Shown: piece by piece, positions 45,893 to 50,252 of the stretch
How the letters are laid out: each line of letters begins with the position of its first letter
How positions within the stretch are numbered: the first letter of the stretch is position 1
Origin: an uncultured Cytophagia bacterium
GTDB lineage: Bacteria; Zhuqueibacterota; Zhuqueibacteria; Residuimicrobiales; Krinioviventaceae
Assembly (NCBI GenBank): GCA_964432185.1
Contig: CAYSNA010000001.1
Coordinates: forward strand, 1 to 50,252
Direction: 5' to 3'
Length of the DNA: 50,252 nt
Program-made: the position numbers and the translations under genes
The notes under the pieces: model-generated
What the model saw: only the letters and a program-made list of their open reading frames with translations
Told to the model about the DNA's origin: nothing
Databases searched by the model: none

Positions 45893-47299
45893 ATGAGCAT
45901 TAAAACCAGCGATTTGAATTTAAAGCAGCGCATGCACGACAACTTGTCGGACGAGTTCATGCGGGCGTCCATTGCCAAGGCGCAGGATTTGATTAATCAA
46001 AAGCGCCAGGATCGTTATGCCGAATTGGGCAATTATGAACAATGGCGTGAGCTCGCTGCCACTATTCGCGCGCATGTGCTCGATCATCTCGATTATTATT
46101 TGGATCAATTCGTCACCAATGCCGAAAAAGCCGGCGCTACCGTCTATTTTGCCCGGGATGCGGCTGAAGCCAACTCGATCGCGCAGCTCCTTTTTCATCA
46201 GAAAAAGGCGAAAAAGGCGGTCAAGTCCAAGTCCATGGTCACGGAAGAGATTGGTTTGAATGAGGCGCTGGAAGAGATCGGCGTTGAGATTATCGAAACC
46301 GACCTCGGAGAATATCTGCTGCAGGTCGATGATAAAGACAAGCCGTCGCATATCGTCATTCCGGCGCTGCATAAGAACCGCAAACGAATCCGCGAGGTGC
46401 TCGCGAGCAAACTTGGTTATGACGGCGATGAGGTGCCGGAGAATATGACAAAATTCGTCCGCGCCATTTTGCGCGAGGCGTTTATGGCCGCTGATATCGC
46501 CGTGACCGGCTGTAATTTTGCCGTCGCCGAAACCGGATCCATCGCGCTGATGACCAATGAGGGCAACGGCCGCTTTGTCACCAGCATTCCCAAAACGCAC
46601 GTCGTTTTTATGGGGATGGAGCGCATCGTGCCGACATTTAACGAACTCGACATCATGTTCAGTTTGTTAGCGCGCAGCGGCGTAGGAGCGCGGGCATCGG
46701 TGTACATGTCGGTCATTACCGGCCCGCGCGGCGAGAGCGACGTGGACGGTCCCGAGGATCTGCACATTATCATCATTGATAACGGCCGCTCCACCGTGCT
46801 CGCCAGCGAGTTTAAGGATGTGCTGCGCTGCATCCGCTGCGGCACTTGCATGCTGGAATGCCCGGCGTATCGGCATGTCAGCGGCCACGGTTACGGCGCG
46901 CTTTATCCGGGGCCGCTTGGCGCAGCGCTCGTTCCGGTCCTCGGCGGTTACAAGGAGTACAAAGATATCACCAAAATTTGTTCGCTGTGCGGCGCCTGCA
47001 ACGACGTCTGCCCGGTGAAAATTCCGCTGCAGGAGATGATCTACAAACATCGCAAAAATATTACAGAAGATGAAAAGTTGACCAACTGGCTGGATGACAT
47101 CGCGTTTTCCGGTTATGGCGCGGTCATCGGCAGTTCGGCGCTGTATAAAGCGGCGACGAAATTTGCCCACCTCGGCAATCTGGCCCCGGCCGTCGGCCCG
47201 CTCAAAGAATGGACAAAATCTCGCGAGATGCCGATAATTGCCAAAGAACGATTTCGTGACTGGTTCGCCAAAAGAGAAGAGAAGGGAGGTGACTCATGA
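45893..47299 (+). CDS. lutB: Lactate utilization protein B (4Fe-4S cluster-binding, LUD-domain)
   Basis: Start moved to the ATG at 45893 (SD AAGGAAAA). CIRCGTCMLECPAY and CSLCGACNDVCPVKIP motifs. Confidence 0.9.
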   Translation: MSIKTSDLNLKQRMHDNLSDEFMRASIAKAQDLINQKRQDRYAELGNYEQWRELAATIRAHVLDHLDYYLDQFVTNAEKAGATVYFARDAAEANSIAQLLFHQKKAKKAVKSKSMVTEEIGLNEALEEIGVEIIETDLGEYLLQVDDKDKPSHIVIPALHKNRKRIREVLASKLGYDGDEVPENMTKFVRAILREAFMAADIAVTGCNFAVAETGSIALMTNEGNGRFVTSIPKTHVVFMGMERIVPTFNELDIMFSLLARSGVGARASVYMSVITGPRGESDVDGPEDLHIIIIDNGRSTVLASEFKDVLRCIRCGTCMLECPAYRHVSGHGYGALYPGPLGAALVPVLGGYKEYKDITKICSLCGACNDVCPVKIPLQEMIYKHRKNITEDEKLTNWLDDIAFSGYGAVIGSSALYKAATKFAHLGNLAPAVGPLKEWTKSREMPIIAKERFRDWFAKREEKGGDS

Positions 47300-47970
47300 C
47301 CACCCGCGAAGAATTCCTGAAGACGATAAGCCATGCCCTTGGCCGCCCGCAACCACAGGCAGCGGCGCCATTGGTCTATCCAAGTGATGTGCATCTGGAA
47401 GTGATGAGCGATGCCACGCCCGATGAATTGGCGCAATCGTTCATCGAGTACAGCCAAGCTATCGGTGCGGATTTTTTTCAAACGACCACAGAAAAGCTCG
47501 TTGAAACCATCGTGCAGGCCGTGCAGACGTGTTCGCATGGGCAGATCATTCTGGCGGACGATCCGCTGTTGAACGACCTGAATCTCAAACACAACCTGGA
47601 AAATGCGCGTCTTTGGGATGTTCAACAATCGTGGCGTGAAAACGTGCTTTATGCTGAAAAGGCGACCGTGGGCATTGCGGTCGCCGAAATGGCTTTGGCC
47701 GAATCCGGCACGGTTCTGCTATTTAGTCACGCCGGCAAAGGTCGCTCCGTAACGCTGCTGCCGGAATCGACGATCTATATCATCCCCAAAAGCAAAATAA
47801 AACCGCGACTCACGCAGGGCATGGCACACGTTCGCGAGCACAAAGACAACATGCCGTCGTCGGTTAATTTTGTCTCCGGTCCCAGCGCCACGTCGGACAT
47901 TGAACTGGTGCGCGTGGTTGGCGTGCACGGCCCGGTGCATGTGGTACATCTTGTGGTGGATGATTTGTAG
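47296..47970 (+). CDS. lutC: Lactate utilization protein C (LUD domain)
   Basis: Start overlaps the lutB stop (ATGA). About 224 aa with the GIAVAEMALAESGTVLL and GPSATSDIE pattern of LutC/YkgG. Confidence 0.85.
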   Translation: MTTREEFLKTISHALGRPQPQAAAPLVYPSDVHLEVMSDATPDELAQSFIEYSQAIGADFFQTTTEKLVETIVQAVQTCSHGQIILADDPLLNDLNLKHNLENARLWDVQQSWRENVLYAEKATVGIAVAEMALAESGTVLLFSHAGKGRSVTLLPESTIYIIPKSKIKPRLTQGMAHVREHKDNMPSSVNFVSGPSATSDIELVRVVGVHGPVHVVHLVVDDL

Positions 47971-48035
47971 AGGCGACGAATGTGTGAATAGAAATTTTAA
48001 GGAACAATTTTTTTACGTCGAATTTAAACATTTAA

Positions 48036-48115
48036 CACGGAGGTTCACCGAGACTTGCGGAGATCCACAGAAAGGATTCTCCGTGAATCTTCGTGCTTCT
48101 CCGAGTATCTCTGTG
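48036..48115. repeat. Intergenic element with clustered CTCCGTG / CTTCGTG / CTCTGTG heptamers and an inverted CACGGAG
   Basis: CACGGAG 48036-48042. GCGGAGATCC 48057-48066 pairs with GGATTCTCCG 48074-48083 (1-nt bulge). CTCCGTG 48079-48085, CTTCGTG 48089-48095, TCTCTGTG 48108-48115. Confidence 0.45.
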
Positions 48116-48161
48116 TCAGTTATCTTTTCGTGTTTATGAAATAACTTTAGGATTCGATGTG

Positions 48162-48626
48162 ATGCCCAAAATATCGTTAACAGGTCTTCTATTCTTCGCT
48201 TTGATTTTTGCGTGTACGAGAGACAAATCCCCAACACAGCCCAATCCATGTCTTTATCCATCTGTCAACATCATCGCTGATTTTGAAAAATATGACCGTC
48301 CTGCCGTTGAAAAGGACGCCTTTCGCATTGACAGCGTTTATGTGCGTGGCGATCTGCTGCATGTGTTCGTCAGTTATGGCGGCGGCTGCAAAGAGCATGA
48401 TTTTCAACTTTACAGCACAACCGGCATTTACCTTTCCTTGCCGCCGCAAGGCGATGTCTATCTTGGCCACGATGGCCACGGCGACATGTGCGAGGCCTAT
48501 TTGTCGGAAGAGTTGATTTTCGATTTAACGCCGTTGATTGTCGACAATGGCGGCGGCATGGGATTGCGTTTGTTTCAATATCAGGCATCCGAGCCGTTTG
48601 TCACAATATGGTGGCGAACCGATTAG
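48162..48626 (+). CDS. Small lipoprotein of unknown function
   Basis: Start moved to the ATG at 48162 (lipobox LIFAC). Conserved-looking SYGGGCKEHDF and GHGDMCEAY segments. No family assigned. Confidence 0.65.
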   Translation: MPKISLTGLLFFALIFACTRDKSPTQPNPCLYPSVNIIADFEKYDRPAVEKDAFRIDSVYVRGDLLHVFVSYGGGCKEHDFQLYSTTGIYLSLPPQGDVYLGHDGHGDMCEAYLSEELIFDLTPLIVDNGGGMGLRLFQYQASEPFVTIWWRTD

Positions 48627-48640
48627 CGCCGGGGCCTCCC

Positions 48641-49456
48641 ATGCAGAATCCCCTGTTCCGTTTTGCCGCTTACCTTGATCAGAAAGCTTTTCTCTCCACT
48701 CGACTCTGGTCCTTCAGTCTGCATAATATTTTTCGAGATTTTCCATACTATTTTTTCTGGACAGCGCTGCTGCAACACCCCGTTCGCTTTTGGCGTGGAT
48801 TTCGTGCCTATAAGCACCTGGTGCGCACCTCTAATGGATTTCCATTGAGCGGAACGATGACGTTTGACGACTTGGATTGTGTTCAAAAGCAGAAATTTCT
48901 CATCGCCCCGGGTTTTTGCATGAAACCGTACGATTATGAAAAGGGAAAATCCACCTGTCCGGTTGGGCATTTTAATCACGAATGTCATTTGTTGAATGAC
49001 ATCACGTTATTGCAGCATAAAGAAAAATGGCCGAAATCGTGTTCGTTATGCGGCATTGCGCCGTTGGCTGTCGACGCCGTTGAACTGCAGGTCGATTTTT
49101 ACATCATGACATCCGCTTTGGATATTGCCCGCGATGTCTATCTTCCGGCCCTGCAAAATCGCGGCGCACAACGCGGCCTGTTTTTTCTCTGCCCCTACTC
49201 GCTGGAGCCGTTTACCGTTGGGATGGCCCTTGCAGGTATGAAGGGCGCGCTTGTTTCGTTTTGTCAAGGTGATTGTAAAAACCACCTCGAATGGACACAG
49301 GCCGATCTTGGCATCAAGAAAAATCAGACATTTGTTTCGCCGCAGGTTCAGCAGGATGTGTTTGCGCACCTGAACCATCTGAAAGCGATTCGCGGTTTTC
49401 GTGAACATGTCGCTTATGACTTTGACGGACATCTATATCGGGCTCGCACACGTTAA
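48641..49456 (+). CDS. Cysteine-rich protein, possibly DUF116-like
   Basis: Start taken as the ATG at 48641, the first ATG after the upstream stop; the ATG at 48608 is an alternative. Nine Cys, including FLIAPGFCMKP, STCP, HECH, CSLCG, FFLCP, FCQGDC. Order and spacing loosely recall DUF116. Confidence 0.55.
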   Translation: MQNPLFRFAAYLDQKAFLSTRLWSFSLHNIFRDFPYYFFWTALLQHPVRFWRGFRAYKHLVRTSNGFPLSGTMTFDDLDCVQKQKFLIAPGFCMKPYDYEKGKSTCPVGHFNHECHLLNDITLLQHKEKWPKSCSLCGIAPLAVDAVELQVDFYIMTSALDIARDVYLPALQNRGAQRGLFFLCPYSLEPFTVGMALAGMKGALVSFCQGDCKNHLEWTQADLGIKKNQTFVSPQVQQDVFAHLNHLKAIRGFREHVAYDFDGHLYRARTR

Positions 49457-49531
49457 TCGCATAAAGGCGAGTGTGCTTCATTCTTACTGCGTTTCGGAAT
49501 CGGCCCCGGACACCCCCTATCCTGATTTTTA

Positions 49532-49560
49532 TTGCCATTCTATTGTAAAACAACTATAAT
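49532..49560 (+). promoter_or_regulatory. Near-consensus sigma70-like promoter (TTGCCA-17 nt-TATAAT)
   Basis: TTGCCA at 49532-49537, 17-nt spacer, TATAAT at 49555-49560, 28 nt upstream of the ATG at 49589. Confidence 0.55.
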
Positions 49561-49588
49561 ATGTTACGATTGATTTGAATGCAAACAT

Positions 49589-50191
49589 ATGCGAAAAAAT
49601 TATATCATAATTTCCATACTCGGCACCTTGTGGGGCCTTTTTGAAACGCAGGTCGGAACGCTATTGCACGCCGCTGATTTGCCATTCGTCGGTTTGTTTA
49701 TGATGGCCTTTGGTGTTTTTTTTCAAACAGTGGCGCGGCTGGTCACACGAATGCGCGGCTCCGCCGTCCTGATGACCATTGTGGTGGCGTTTTTAAAGCT
49801 GCTGTTCGTCGGCGGCATTGCATTGTCAACTGTTGTCGCTATTTTTATTCAATCTTTTGTTCTGGAGCTGCTGTATTTCTCCGTCTTTCCCTCTCGGATG
49901 CGAATGTCCTTTGCCGGTGCGCTGGCGGTTTCGTACTCGCTTTTTCATCCGTTTTTATCCATGCCGGTGTTTATGGGGCTCGCCTTTTCGGATGCCTATG
50001 CACGAATAATCGGCGGCGGCAGCCTGTTACTCGGTTTGCCAAAGGCAAGCGGTCTCGTCATTTTTGTACTTTTAGTCGCGCTGCATTTTGCTGTCGGATT
50101 TTTCTCGTCAATTGTCTCTTTCAGCTTTGGTCTGAAATTATGTTCGCTGCAATTTTTCTCACCCTCAACTCTCCATAACCGTGATTCATAA
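49589..50191 (+). CDS. Six-TM membrane protein of unknown function
   Basis: 200 aa with about six hydrophobic helices. No recognisable motif. Confidence 0.6.
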   Translation: MRKNYIIISILGTLWGLFETQVGTLLHAADLPFVGLFMMAFGVFFQTVARLVTRMRGSAVLMTIVVAFLKLLFVGGIALSTVVAIFIQSFVLELLYFSVFPSRMRMSFAGALAVSYSLFHPFLSMPVFMGLAFSDAYARIIGGGSLLLGLPKASGLVIFVLLVALHFAVGFFSSIVSFSFGLKLCSLQFFSPSTLHNRDS

Positions 50192-50252
50192 AAAGAATAT
50201 AATTCTAACCGGCGAATTGCATTGCGGCAAGAGCACGCTTGTTCGGAATGTG
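50181..50252 (+). CDS. P-loop NTPase (THEP1-like N-terminus), 3'-truncated at window edge
   Basis: GTG at 50181 is the first start codon after the in-frame stop at 50133. It encodes VIHKKNIILTGELHCGKSTLVRNV with a Walker A GxxxxGKS. Overlaps the preceding gene by 11 nt. Confidence 0.6.
   Translation, partial: MIHKKNIILTGELHCGKSTLVRNV

Noticed and set aside
48488-48640. Upstream extension of the Cys-rich ORF, overlapping the lipoprotein gene by 139 nt.
   Set aside because: The extension is Arg/Val-rich with no features and overlaps a gene that has a good lipobox. The first ATG after the upstream stop (48641) is the conservative start, though the ATG at 48608 cannot be excluded.

Overview
This is a densely coding 50.3-kb segment that looks chromosomal. 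GC is roughly 50% by eye, and Shine-Dalgarno motifs precede most starts. I found no rRNA, tRNA, CRISPR array, transposase, integrase or phage gene. Envelope markers (a T9SS-type C-terminal sorting tail, a PorV/PorQ-like barrel, a GWxTD protein, a TonB-dependent-receptor-like barrel) suggest an uncultured member of the Fibrobacteres-Chlorobi-Bacteroidetes (FCB) group. The clear SD sites argue against classical Bacteroidia. This lineage call is inference only.

Gene order:
- 1-6784 (+): lepA (5'-truncated), an ABC ATPase plus large permease, two tandem signal peptidase I genes, hemW.
- 6785-7215: a 431-bp AT-rich leader.
- 7216-14446 (+): an outer-membrane three-gene module (TBDR-like barrel, 1030-aa T9SS-tailed protein, PorV/PorQ-like barrel).
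- 14698-21265 (+): GWxTD protein, Ldh_2-family oxidoreductase, an unusually long SppA (S49) protease with an extra N-terminal domain, and a coupled lipoprotein.
- 21327-23288 (-): an exported SAM-methyltransferase and an MFS transporter.
- 23555-25845 (+): small HD (SpoT-like) hydrolase, Yip1 membrane protein, class II aldolase.
- 26077-32758 (+): aldo/keto reductase, FrhB-like Fe-S protein, a 693-aa orphan lipoprotein, an orphan AmmeMemoRadiSam radical SAM enzyme, a Tat-exported TIM-barrel isomerase-like protein.
- 32860-44865 (-): MFS transporter, DUF4180, SPFH/NfeD pair, acyl-CoA ligase, AddA/AddB-like helicase-nuclease pair, purC.
- 45083-47970 (+): lutABC.
- 48162-50252 (+): a terminal cluster of unknowns (lipoprotein, Cys-rich DUF116-like protein, 6-TM protein, P-loop NTPase cut by the window end).

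The most interesting candidates are the TBDR / T9SS-cargo / PorV-like module, the SppA fusion with its lipoprotein, the terminal unknown cluster, the HD-Yip1 coupling, and several structured or palindromic intergenic elements. All family assignments come from motif recognition by eye. No searches were run.
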